This document shows, piece after piece, positions 1 to 10,202 of a stretch of 64,000 nucleotides of DNA. A program made the position numbers and the translations under genes. Below the pieces are notes generated by a model. That model did not search any database and was not told where the DNA came from. It saw only the letters and a list, made by a program, of their open reading frames with translations. Origin of the DNA: Nitrospirota bacterium (lineage in GTDB: Bacteria; Nitrospirota; UBA9217); contig CAWFSF010000006.1 in assembly GCA_963818475.1 (NCBI GenBank), forward strand, positions 96,001 through 160,000, written 5' to 3'. The stretch's first letter is position 1; each line of letters begins with the position of its first letter.

Positions 1-306
1 TATGAAACGAGCTCGGTAACCGACGTTCGTCAGGTTGATTCAAAATTTAACTACCATGAGTACGAGCTGCTGGTCACGAGCTATCCCTTCTGCACGGTCA
101 TTCTTGAGGACCTGGCGCATGTCGGTATTCCGACCATTATTCTGTCGGACCATATGAACAGGGACCTTATGACAACCCTTGGCCATCTTGACAAGACGCT
201 CTCACACTGCATGATAAAGCCGATCGATTACAACAAGTTCAGAACCATCGTAAAACAGGTCCTGAGCAGTGATCGATCCGCCAGTGCGGGGTGCCGCACT
301 CCCTAG
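1..306 (+). CDS. Atypical receiver (REC)-like domain protein, 5' partial
   Basis: Frame 1 is open from base 1 to TAG at 304-306: ...YELLVTSYPF...IPTIILSD...CMIKPIDYNKFRTIVKQVL, matching the REC beta3/beta4/KP pattern but with Ser where the phosphoacceptor Asp is expected. Not in the supplied ORF track. Confidence 0.55.
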   Translation, partial: YETSSVTDVRQVDSKFNYHEYELLVTSYPFCTVILEDLAHVGIPTIILSDHMNRDLMTTLGHLDKTLSHCMIKPIDYNKFRTIVKQVLSSDRSASAGCRTP

Positions 307-425
307 GCAGTGCGGCCGTCTTGCCATGGAAACGCGGAGCCCGATATTCAATGCATTCGAGTGACGATCGCGGTCGTGCTCGTTGGCAGGGGTGGGTGGT
401 GAAGAAAACAACGGTGAGGTCGATC

Positions 426-1231
426 ATGAAAACAAAAATTATCATACTCCTCTTCCTTGTGCTCGTGCCGCTGGCCGCCCGGGGAGGCGACTATATCATC
501 AGTGAAGGCGACATGCTGAACATCTCCGTCTGGGGCAATAAGGAGCTCAGCGCCATTGTGAAGGTCCGGCCTGATGGAAAGATCAGCCTGCCCGCGTTGG
601 GCGAGGTGCATGCCGCCGACCTGACGCCGCTGAAATTGCAGAACCTGCTCACGGAAAGAATGAAGAGTCTGGTGAAAAACCCGCTCATTACCGTGACCAT
701 CGATCAGGTCAGCAATAATAAGGTCTATATCTTCGGCGGGGGCGTGAAGGCGACGGTTTTCGACCTGACACGACGAACGACCCTTCTGCAGCTGCTGTGC
801 GTATTGGGAGACCTTAGCAACTGCCGACCTGCATGAGGCCTATGTCCTCAGGAACGACGACGAAGATAAAAAAAGATTTTTACCGGCTTTTCGTCAAAGG
901 ACGCGCTGAAGAGGACATCGTCATGAATCCCGATGACGTTGTTTTCATTCCGGCAGTGACCGACAACAATATCTATGTCATCGGCGCGGTCAATACCCCC
1001 AAGCCGATAACGTACCGCGAAGGCATGACGGTGATGGAGGCGATACTGCAGGCCGGGGGGTTTACGAAGTATGCACGGGAGAACGCCACTGAAGTTCGGA
1101 GAAAAGACGGCAGCGGGAAGCAGGTCACGATTCCCGTAAAATTGAAGCGTCTCATTGCCGACGGCGATCTGAACCAGAATCTGGCCTTGAAACCCGGCGA
1201 CTATATCGTCGTTTCGGAAGGATTGTTTTAG
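426..1231 (+). CDS. Polysaccharide biosynthesis/export (Wza/OPX-like) protein with SLBB domains; frameshifted near 820-850
   Basis: Signal peptide MKTKIIILLFLVLVPLAARG; Poly_export motif YIISEGDMLNISVWG...VRPDGKISLPALGEV; second ORF 833-1231 gives IYVIGAVNTP...MTVMEAILQAGGFT...LKPGDYIVV. Confidence 0.85.
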
Positions 1232-1240
1232 GAGCTCGCG

Positions 1241-2589
1241 ATGGAATCACCTGAACAGGATATAAAGAAGTACGCACGGCTCATTCTGAGAAAAAAAGGC
1301 CTGTTCTTTGCGGTCGCCGCATCGATCATGGCGGTCTTCGTCATGGCCGGCTATCTCTTGCCCAAAACCTATGAAGCGACAGTGTACGGTGCTTATTGTA
1401 GAAAAGTGTTTACGACGAATATGTCAAAGGCATTGCCATCACGCCATCCGGCGAGCAAAGCCTCGGCAGTCTTTCCTTTGCCCTTAAAAGCAAAAGCCTG
1501 ATCCTCAAGGTCATCAGGGACCTCGGGCTTGTTACGGACACATATGAGCCCGGAGGAGCAGGAAGGCGTGGTCGCGAGCTTCCAGGACAGGACCATGATT
1601 ACGATCCCGAAACGAACAAGGCGAATCCAAAAATGACGGACCTGTTCGTGGTGTCCTACCGCGATACGAATCCCGAGCTTGCGAGGGACTATGTGAACGC
1701 GCTTGTCCGGCGATATATAGAAGAGGACCTCTCGGGGAAAAAGGAGGATACCTCCGAGGCCAGGCAGCTCCTTTCGGGACAGGTGGAATTGTTCAAAAAT
1801 AAGATAGATGCGATCGAGGCGGAGATCGCCGGCTTCAACACCGGGAATAATGTCTATGTGGTCGCCGATGAAGCTAAAATAAATGAAAAATTAATACCGC
1901 TCCAGAACCGGCTGGGTGAGCTGTCCGTTAAGTACACGGATGATTACCCCGAGGTGATCGCGGTAAAGACGGAGATCAGACACCTGCAGAATCAATTGAA
2001 CTATTTGCGGACCAGAGTCGTGCATAAGAACCGGTCAACAGCACAGAAAGGGTCCGGGAAAACAGTTGGAGATGCGAGTAAAAAACTGGATGGATCTGGA
2101 GCGGGAGCGCGATACCTATAAAAAGATCTATGAGGAGCTTGTTCGTGCGGTTAAGCAAATCCGAGGTCTCTCAGCAAATGGGACCTCTGGACAGGTCCGA
2201 GATGTTCAATATCTCGGAGCCGGCTGTTTTGCCCACAAAGCCGGTAAGCCCCGACAGGGTAAAAGTGATCCTTCATGGGGATCATGGCGGGATTGGCGGG
2301 AGGCATCGGCATCGTTGTGGTGCTTGATGCGATGGACCATTCAGTGAAATCATCCAAAGCGATCAGAGGCCTGGGCCTGCCCGTTCTTGCCATCATTCCG
2401 AAGATCCAGAGCGACCAGCAGGTGCAGCGGGAGAAGATGCAGGACAGCATTCTCTATGGCATTGCTGTTCTGTATATGCTGTGTATTCTGGCGATCGTTG
2501 CCGTTGAGGCAATGGGCCTGACTCATTGCGGATACCGTTGCGCATCAGTCGGCCGGGGCTGCAAGGCAGCGGTAAAGGGCATTTTCTGA
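1241..2589 (+). CDS. Polysaccharide chain-length determinant (Wzz/Wzc N-terminal, XrtA-system type); several frameshifts
   Basis: N-terminal TM + LPKTYEA, LFVVSYRDTNPELARDYVNAL, YTDDYPEVIAVK coiled coil, SEPAVLPTKPVSPDR and C-terminal TM GIMAGLAGGIGIVV spread over ORFs 1241-1501, 1633-2121, 2130-2327, 2275-2589. Confidence 0.8.
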
Positions 2590-2612
2590 CCGCGATTATG
2601 GAGATATCGAGC

Positions 2613-3430
2613 ATGAACAGATTCGAACATGACCGCACCAAAGGGCCCAGTGTCACGAGACAGCACCGGCAGTCCGGGCAGCATCAGCCGGACCGCGACC
2701 GGCAGAACAGGACGGGAGGATATGAATATCGACCATCCGACCATCGTGACTGCCCGCAAGGCTGACGTCACCCGTGTCTGAAGAATATAAAAAACTGAAA
2801 TCCAGGATCGTTGACCTGACCACAAAGAACGGATTTCAGAATACGCTGGCGGTGACCAGTTCGGTAAGCGACGAAGGAAAGAGCATTACGGCGGTGAATC
2901 TGGCGGTCTCTCTTTCTCAGGATTACGATCATGCGGTGATCCTTATCGATGCCGACCTGAGAAGGCCGACGCTCCATACCTATCTCAACAGAAAGCCCGG
3001 CAAAGGATTGTCGGATTGCCTGGCCGGGGGCATTGATCCGGATTCGGCACTTATGCCCATAGGATCAAAAAAACTGTCGTTTTTGCCGGCAGGAAAGAAG
3101 ATAGACGACCCGGTCGAATTCTTTGCTTCCCGCAAGATGCAGGCCTTTATGCAGGACCTGAAAGCACGATATGCCGATCGATACATCATTATCGATACGC
3201 CGCCGGTCCTTCTTTTTGCGGAGACAAAAAAGATAAGCGCTTTCGCCGACGGCACCATCCTGGTGGTCAAGGAAGGGCAGGCGACGCTCGAAAACATCTC
3301 TGAAGCCATCGATATCCTGAAAGGGTCCAATGTCATGGGGATCGTCTACAACAATGCCAGTCTGCAAAACCTGAATGGACGCTCGTATTATCACTATTAC
3401 AGCCACTACTATGGAAAGCGCAAGAAATAA
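2613..3430 (+). CDS. BY-kinase / CpsD-CapB family tyrosine autokinase; frameshift in N-terminal part
   Basis: GGAG then ATG 2613; Walker A VTSSVSDEGKS, A' LIDADLRRP, Walker B IIIDTPP, C-terminal Tyr cluster YYHYYSHYY. Confidence 0.9.
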
Positions 3431-3567
3431 ACGCCCGCCGCAGGAGGCAGGCCAAAGAAGGTATGGTCGTTGAGCAGCAGTGACCGCAGGAAGCACGCGC
3501 AGGTTGCTGTGAACCACCGCTGACGGATCGCGGCGCGGAAGATATTACTTCTTCGGGAGGAACGCCT

Positions 3568-4078
3568 ATGGGAACGGAAGAACAGAACTGGTTCGCTCTC
3601 TCCGTGCGGTCACGGCATGAATTTGTCGTCTATGATGCCCTGCGCCAAAAGGGGATCGAGACGTTCCTGCCGTTCGTAAAAAGGGTGAGGCAATGGAAGG
3701 ACAGGAAAACGTCCGTGGCGTTCCCTCTCTTCCCGGGGTATCTCTTCGTATCTATCTTCCCCCAGTGCGGAGGAATTTATGAAAGTCATCAAGGTCCGGG
3801 GTTCGGTGACCTTTGTCTCTCTGCGGCCCGGGTATCCAACGCCTGTTCCCGCCGAGGAGATCGATTCCCTGAAGATCGTTCTCGATAGCGGTTCTGCCTT
3901 TGATGTTTACCCTCAGTTCAAGGAGGGAGTACGGGTGAGGATTAAAAAGGGCCCCCTTTCCGGCGCTGAGGGTATTCTTGCGAACAAAGAAGATCAGCAG
4001 GTATTTATGGTGAACGTGGAGTTGCTGGGAAGAAGCGTCGGCGTCAAGATACAGGCAGTGGATATCGAGACGGCATAG
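3568..4078 (+). CDS. UpxY/RfaH-like NusG-family transcription antiterminator; frameshift near 3760-3780
   Basis: NGN domain WFALSVRSRHE...RQWKDRK...PLFPGYLFV, then KOW domain GVRVRIKKGPLSGAEG...VELLGRSV in ORF 3779-4078. Confidence 0.88.
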
Positions 4079-4310
4079 GCAGTGCTCAAAGCTGTACAAT
4101 GGCTGCATTCCCAACCCATTGAAATATGAACGTAAATACGCTTCTCGGTCGATGGTCTGTAACTGAGAAGGCGGAGCATTGCGCTTGATAAAATGCAAAC
4201 GGGTCCTCACGGGACCCTCTGCTTAAAACCGTGAAGGCTGGTCGTCCATCCGATCATAGCCATTGAACCTATAAACGGCAGTTAACCACAAAAAGCACAT
4301 AAGGCTCATA

Positions 4311-4478
4311 AACCTTAAAAAAACATTTGGACACGGATAAACACGGATAAGAGCCGGATAACGGCGGATTATTTCTTTTATAAGAGGTTCACCCAAAAGG
4401 TGAATGCTTTGCTTTGAATTTATCCGAATTTATCAGATGTTTCCGATTCTTCCGTGTCCAAATGCCGCTTTTTGGTTG
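4311..4478. mobile_element. Palindromic MITE-like element, copy 1 (CACGGATAA core)
   Basis: AACCTTAAAA...TTGGACACGGATAAACACGGATAAGAGCCGGATAA...TTCCGTGTCCAAATGCCGCTTTTTGGTT; imperfect long inverted repeat; near-identical copy at 17064-17230. Confidence 0.8.
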
Positions 4479-5770
4479 AAGACTGCCCGTATCGTTGCTG
4501 CCGGACACATTCTCTCTCTCCTACTCGTGAGCGTTCAAACCATACTCCTGGCGTTGGCAAGCATTGCGGTCGTCTCGACGTGTTATTCCGCGAGCGCTCA
4601 TGGTGCTGAATTCAGTCTTCAACCCGCCATAACCGTCAGTGAAGAATATACCGACAATCTGTTCCTGACGACAACGAACAGATCGGAAGACTATATCACG
4701 AGGATCGTTCCGAGCATCCGGTGGACATACAAAGCGCCGCTCTGGGACTGGGATGTCGCGTATGCCTATGACCATCGGTACTATGCCAAATTTCGCGATG
4801 ATCAGGACCTCTATACGCTCGACCTGAAGAACCATACCAGGATACTCGGTGATTTTCTACAGCTTGATGTAGAGGATGTTCATGCCCGGAAGCCGCTCTC
4901 CGTTGTCCGGGACTGGACGCAGGAAAGTCTTTTCCTGAATCAAACAGATATCAATACCTTCATCGTGACCCCCTATATCAGGATGCGACCGTCCCCCGAA
5001 CTCAACCGTAACAGCCGGATATTGGTACCGGAACATCTGGTACCAGGACCCCACCGCGATCGATACGAGCGATCACCGTGTGTATGCAGCCGCAAACTAT
5101 GATCTGTCATCCGACTCTCACCACGAACATGGATGTCAGGTATACCAGCACGGAGGCAGAGAACGATTACCTGCGCAAGATGGAACTCTTTGCAGGTTTT
5201 GACGTATGCCTACGCGATGGATTCCAAAGTCCTGGTTCACGATCGGCAACAGCTGGTTCGCTTTCGGAACAACGGATGACAACGAGCCAGGTGACCTGGG
5301 ATGCCGGCATTGCTCAAAAGTCCGGAAAATATACTTACTCGTTCACCGCGAAATTGACCTATGTAGAGGACCCGTTCGTCATCGTGCGGAGAGAGGACCG
5401 GTATGTGGCAACCATCAATCGGGACACCGAACGGACCTCCCTGGGCATTTCCGCAGGCCGGTATGAGTATCGGAACGTTGCTACGCAACACCTTGAGCAC
5501 ACCCGTTATGCGCTGACCGGAACGATCAGCCATGAATCGTCGCCGACATCAAAGATCATCTACGATCTGAGCATCGGCCGCTATGAGGACAATGTGCTGG
5601 ACCAGTATACGGCACTCTATACGCGGGGGGCTCCGGTTTGAATATATGCCCTCTGAAACCCTCACGCTCGCGCTGCAATACCGGTACGCAAATGCCTATT
5701 CGCCCGATGTGTATGCGGAAAACCACGATAGCAACAGGGTTCATGGTGGAGATCAAAAAAGACATTTTGA
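4476..5770 (+). CDS. PEP-CTERM-system-associated outer-membrane beta-barrel (TIGR03016-like); multiple frameshifts, start uncertain
   Basis: Signal peptide then AEFSLQPAITVSEEYTDNLFL...EDYITRIVP; amphipathic beta strands; removing single extra bases in G and A runs near 5735-5760 gives C-terminal NRFMVEIKKTF* (terminal Phe typical of BamA substrates). Confidence 0.7.
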
Positions 5771-5860
5771 GTGCCAACGGAGCCTCTGCTGCCGGCTTGA
5801 TGCCTGTTCAGACGGGCATTTCAGGGGCAGATATCACCGGTGTGCACTCGGAGACAGACC

Positions 5861-8458
5861 ATGAAACGATCATACTCAGTTCTGACATTCATGCTTGCAA
5901 CGACGCTGGCGCTCTTCGCATGCGGCTCCAAGGGACCGTTGCCGCCTCCCGACACGATCCCGCCGACGGTCAGCTTTACCATCCCCGCCAACGGGTCGGT
6001 GAATATCCCCGTCAACCTGTCTGGAATAACGATCACCTTCAGCGAGGCAATGGACCGGTCAACGATCAATGACCAAACGATCACCCTGGTAGATCCCAGC
6101 GTTTCCGGCACGGTTCCGTGCTCGGTTACGATCACGGACCTGGCGGGGACAACGGTTGATCTCCTTCCCTCCGTCGGCCTGAACCCAACCACGCTTTACA
6201 GCATCGTGGTCGGCGCCGGCGTAAAGGACAGCTACGGCAATGCCATGAGCGCTCCCTTCACCGCTTCCTTCTACACGAGCACCGTAGCGGACACAATACC
6301 GCCGGTCATAGCGGTCAATTACCCTGAAACGGGGGCAACAGGCGTTCCGGAAAACAGTTCGCCCAGCGTTACGTTCAGTGAGCCGGTGATCCCGCAGACC
6401 ATATCCTTTGTGCTGACCCTGGGAACAACGACCATTCCGGGCACGGTATCGTACAGTGGTACGACCGCTGTTTTTACGCCGACGAATATTCTCGTTGCCC
6501 ACGCGTTGTATACGGCAAGGATCGCAGGCGGACCGAATGGGGTACGAGATCTGGCAGGTAATACGATGTCGGCCGATCATACGTGGACGTTCACAACGGC
6601 GCAAGATGCAGCGCCGCCGAGCGTGACAGCCACGAACCCTGCCGCAGGAGGGAGCAATGTCGGCGTCAATGCCGCCATCAGCACTACGTTCAGTGAACCG
6701 GTCGACCAGGCATCCATTGCCTTTAGTCTCAGTGCAGGGGGCATTCCGGTTTCCTGCAACCAGAGCTACAGCGGCACGACCGCCATCTTCTCGCCGCAGA
6801 ATATGCTGGCATACAGCACCCAGTATACGGCGACGGTGAGCGCGGGGCTTCGGGACCTGGCGGGCAATGCGATGACCGCCGATTATTCATGGAAATTCAC
6901 GACCGGTACGGCTTCGACCTACACCATCACAGCTACCGCGGGCATGAACGGCAGCATCAGCCCCTCCGGACCGGTAACGGTAAATTACGGCGCAGCTCAA
7001 TCGTTCACGATAAGCCCCGCTGCCGGATACCATGTTGCAGACGTGTTGGCGGATGGGGTTTCTATCGGCGCCGTGACTTCGTACACGTTCACCAATGTCA
7101 ACGCCAATCATACGCTCAGTGCGAGCTTTGCGATCAATACCTATACGGTGACGCCGTCAGCCGGCACCCACGGAACCATCAGTCCCAATGCTCCCCAGAC
7201 GGTGAATTTCAACGATACGACATCCTTTACCGTGACGCCGAGCGCCGGATACTACGCGGTCATGGGCGGAACATGCGGCGGTACGCTCAACGGGAACACG
7301 TACACGACGAACGCGGTCACCGGTAATTGCACGGTCACGGCAACCTTTGCAATCGCCAGCTTTACCGTAACGCTGTCGGCCGGACCGAACGGCGGCATCA
7401 GCCCGGATACTCCGCAGCAAGTCAGTTATAACGACACAAAAAAGTTCACGATTACGCCGAATACGGGATACAGTATTGCGGCGGTAACGGGCTGCGGCGG
7501 GACGCTCACGGGGGACAGCTACACAACCGGCCCGATCACGGCAGACTGCATGGTAACGGCGACCTTCGCAAGCACCAGTTTTACCGTGACCCCGTCGGCT
7601 GGGCCGAACGGCGGCATCATTCCGAATACTCCGCAGCCGGTCAGTTACAACGGCACGACCTCATTTACGGTTACGCCGAACACGGGATACGGCATTGCGG
7701 AGGTAAAGGGCTGCGGCGGGACGCTCACGGGGGACAGCTACACAACCGGCCCGATCACGGCAAACTGCACGGTAACGGCGACGTTTGCAATCGCCAGCTT
7801 TACCGTAACGCCGTCGGCCGGACCGAACGGCGGCATCAGCCCGGATACTCCGCAGCAAGTCAGTTATAACGGCACAAAAAAGTTCACGATTACGCCGAAT
7901 ACGGGATACAGCATTGCGGAGGTAACGGGCTGCGGCGGGACGCTCACGGGGGACAACTACACAACCGGCCCGATCACGGCAAACTGCACGGTAACGGCGG
8001 CCTTCGCAACCGCCACTTTTACCGTGACCCCGTCGGCCGGACCGAACGGCGGCATCAGCCCGGATACTCCGCAGCCAGTGAGTTACAACGGCACGACCTC
8101 ATTTACGATTACGCCGAACACGGGATACGGCATTGCGGATGTAAAGGGCTGCGGCGGGACGCTCACGGGGGACAGCTACACAACCGGCCCGATCACGGCT
8201 GACTGCACGGTAACGGCGACCTTCGCAATCGCCACTTTTACCGTAACGCCGCTGGCTGGTCCGAACGGCGGCATCAGTCCGCATACTCCGCAGCCAGTCA
8301 GTTACAACGACACAAAAACATTCACGGTTACGCCGGACACGGGTTACCGCATTGAGACAGTAACGGGCTGCGGCGGGACGCTCACGGGGGACAGCTACAC
8401 AACCGGTTCGATTACGGCAGACTGCACGGTAACGGCGGCCTTTACAGCGATTCTCTAA
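5861..8458 (+). CDS. Surface lipoprotein with three Big_5-like Ig domains and tandem divergent InlB B-repeat-like domains
   Basis: Lipobox LALFA-C; three DTxPPxV...ITFSEP...VxDxAGN Ig-like units; seven YT/FTVTxSAGxNGxISP repeats. Confidence 0.8.
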   Translation: MKRSYSVLTFMLATTLALFACGSKGPLPPPDTIPPTVSFTIPANGSVNIPVNLSGITITFSEAMDRSTINDQTITLVDPSVSGTVPCSVTITDLAGTTVDLLPSVGLNPTTLYSIVVGAGVKDSYGNAMSAPFTASFYTSTVADTIPPVIAVNYPETGATGVPENSSPSVTFSEPVIPQTISFVLTLGTTTIPGTVSYSGTTAVFTPTNILVAHALYTARIAGGPNGVRDLAGNTMSADHTWTFTTAQDAAPPSVTATNPAAGGSNVGVNAAISTTFSEPVDQASIAFSLSAGGIPVSCNQSYSGTTAIFSPQNMLAYSTQYTATVSAGLRDLAGNAMTADYSWKFTTGTASTYTITATAGMNGSISPSGPVTVNYGAAQSFTISPAAGYHVADVLADGVSIGAVTSYTFTNVNANHTLSASFAINTYTVTPSAGTHGTISPNAPQTVNFNDTTSFTVTPSAGYYAVMGGTCGGTLNGNTYTTNAVTGNCTVTATFAIASFTVTLSAGPNGGISPDTPQQVSYNDTKKFTITPNTGYSIAAVTGCGGTLTGDSYTTGPITADCMVTATFASTSFTVTPSAGPNGGIIPNTPQPVSYNGTTSFTVTPNTGYGIAEVKGCGGTLTGDSYTTGPITANCTVTATFAIASFTVTPSAGPNGGISPDTPQQVSYNGTKKFTITPNTGYSIAEVTGCGGTLTGDNYTTGPITANCTVTAAFATATFTVTPSAGPNGGISPDTPQPVSYNGTTSFTITPNTGYGIADVKGCGGTLTGDSYTTGPITADCTVTATFAIATFTVTPLAGPNGGISPHTPQPVSYNDTKTFTVTPDTGYRIETVTGCGGTLTGDSYTTGSITADCTVTAAFTAIL
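7358..8450 (+). repeat. Five tandem 219-bp (73-aa) coding repeats
   Basis: GGCTGCGGCGGGACGCTCACGGGGGAC recurs at about 7490, 7709, 7928, 8147, 8366 (period 219). Confidence 0.95.
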
Positions 8459-8516
8459 GGAAGATATCATTTTTAAAAGTTCCATCCCTGGAACGGTAAT
8501 CGCAAAATTTGCGGGT

Positions 8517-8568
8517 AACTGACAACGGTGTTTGTGATTCTTCGCTCAGAACGACAAAGTTGTCAGTT
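8517..8568. repeat. Hairpin enclosing a REP-like half element
   Basis: AACTGACAAC (8517-8526) / GTTGTCAGTT (8559-8568) perfect inverted repeat around GATTCTTCGCTCAGAACGAC, which resembles the right arm of the 9866-9935 element. Confidence 0.55.
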
Positions 8569-8669
8569 TCCGACTCTAGGCCATCAAGTAATAAGCATGT
8601 TTTCTCGCTGTTGTCATCGCGACAGAACCGCAGCCGAGTTCGCAGTCAGTTCAATCGAAGGGGGGAGCC

Positions 8670-9635
8670 ATGGAAAACATATTAGTTACCGGCGGCGCAG
8701 GCTTTATCGGCAGCAATGTTGCGGAGGCGTTGCTTGTCCGGGGATTCCGGGTAGTGATCCTCGATGACCTCAGCACCGGAAAGATGGAAAACATTCTGAA
8801 CTTTGGACAGCAGGGAAACTTTAAGTTTGTAAAAGGAAGCATTCTTGACAGCGGCCTGCTGGCGTCGATACTGGAGTCTGAAAAAATATCGTACATATCC
8901 CATCAGGCAGCGCTATCGAGTGTTTCGAAAAGCATTGCGGACCCCGTTAAAACCATGGAAACAAATGTTGCGGGAACTGCGAATCTATTCCATGTAGCAT
9001 CTGCCTGTGGATGCAAGCGCATCGTGTATGCGAGCTCGTCATCGATCTATGGAGATACCCCCGACCTTCCGAAGCGGGAAACCATGCCGATCTGCCCGCA
9101 ATCCCCCTACGCCATGTCGAAGGCGGCGAACGAACTGCTCGGCAGTGTTTATTCGCATCTGTCCGGCATCGAGATCGTCGGACTCCGCTATTTTAATGTC
9201 TATGGCAGGAGACAGGACCCTGGCTCCGACTACGCTGCGGTGATACCGAAATTCATAAATAAAGCGCTGGCTGACGAGCCCATTCCCATCGAAGGCGACG
9301 GTTGCCAAACGCGCGACTTTATTTACATCGATGACGTGGTAAAAGCGAATATAAGAGCGCTTACGGGGTCGTCGAATCATGGTGCTGTATTCAACATTGC
9401 ATACGGGGTGCAGACGAGCATCATCGAATTGGCCTCCCTTATCCTTGATCTTACCGACTCTGATTCTGAAGTGGTGTTCAAACCGGCACGGAACGGTGAT
9501 GTGCGCGACTCCGTCGGTGACATTGAGCATGCAGCGAAAGAGCTCGGCTACAGCAGAGAATATGACATTAAAAAAGGGCTCGCAGAGACCATTGCGTGGT
9601 TCCGGGATCATTCAGCGCGCCGTTGTGCGGCATAG
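8670..9635 (+). CDS. NAD-dependent nucleotide-sugar epimerase/dehydratase (UDP-GlcNAc 4-epimerase/WbpP-like)
   Basis: VTGGAGFIGS, SSSSIYG, YAMSK (YxxxK), LRYFNVYGRRQDP, GDGCQTRDFIYI. Confidence 0.88.
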   Translation: MENILVTGGAGFIGSNVAEALLVRGFRVVILDDLSTGKMENILNFGQQGNFKFVKGSILDSGLLASILESEKISYISHQAALSSVSKSIADPVKTMETNVAGTANLFHVASACGCKRIVYASSSSIYGDTPDLPKRETMPICPQSPYAMSKAANELLGSVYSHLSGIEIVGLRYFNVYGRRQDPGSDYAAVIPKFINKALADEPIPIEGDGCQTRDFIYIDDVVKANIRALTGSSNHGAVFNIAYGVQTSIIELASLILDLTDSDSEVVFKPARNGDVRDSVGDIEHAAKELGYSREYDIKKGLAETIAWFRDHSARRCAA

Positions 9636-9830
9636 CAGGCATCAACAACAGATGATCGGTTTCCTGCATGCCCGACACAGCGTCCTCCATTGTACCGATT
9701 CCGACATCGGGGAGGCTTTTCCTGATGTCATATGGCATACGGAGAAACCGGTCATCAAGATTTTCAGTCGCAAAGGCCCTTTCGTATAATAGTGCTTCAG
9801 AAACCCGAAGAAGAACCTTTTAGTACCTAA

Positions 9831-9962
9831 CAGGTTGTTGAAAAAGGCGAAAGGTCACTAGCGTTGTCATTCTGAGCGCAACGAAGAATCGCGGTTTTAC
9901 AACAACTTCAGATCCTTCACTTCGTTCAGGATGACCCCTTAAAATACTTTTTCAACAGCCTG
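9831..9962. mobile_element. 132-bp MITE with IS5-like ends and CTAA target duplication, carrying a GTCATTCTGAG...CAGGATGAC REP-like palindrome
   Basis: Terminal inverted repeats CAGGTTGTTGAAAAAG / CTTTTTCAACAGCCTG flanked on both sides by CTAA (9827-9830, 9963-9966); inner arms 9866-9890 and 9911-9935. Confidence 0.8.
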
Positions 9963-9978
9963 CTAAAGAATAAAATTC

Positions 9979-10130
9979 TTCTCAAAATGGCAAGAAAGTT
10001 TACCACGAAGAACACGAAGCGCGCGAAGTTAAAATCAATATTTTGATTTTGTCTTTTTCAACTTTTTCATGATCTTCGTGCCCTTCGTGGTGAAAAGACT
10101 TTTTGGCTCCGCCTTGAGAAGTTCTTGGTC
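9979..10130. repeat. Palindromic element with CACGAAG 9-nt-period core
   Basis: ACCACGAAGAACACGAAGCGCGCGAAG ... TTTCATGATCTTCGTGCCCTTCGTGGT inverted arms inside an outer TTCTCAA / TTGAGAA pair. Confidence 0.7.
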
Positions 10131-10202
10131 CTGTCTGTGGTGGATTTTGAAATACGTGCACCTGCGCTGATGTACTTTCCGGCCAGGCCCGTATCGAGGG
10201 AC

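Noticed and set aside
4190-4290. c-di-GMP-I riboswitch (GCAAAC start)
   Set aside because: Lacks the GAAA tetraloop, GCAAA junction and receptor arrangement of the GEMM consensus; kept only as a generic structured-RNA candidate.
4404-4475. ATG 4404 as start of the OM barrel gene
   Set aside because: Lies inside the repeated palindromic element; the signal peptide begins further downstream (TTG 4476 or GTG 4527).
7358-8450. Possible CRISPR-like array
   Set aside because: Repeats are 219-bp in-frame protein domains without unique spacers; no cas genes.
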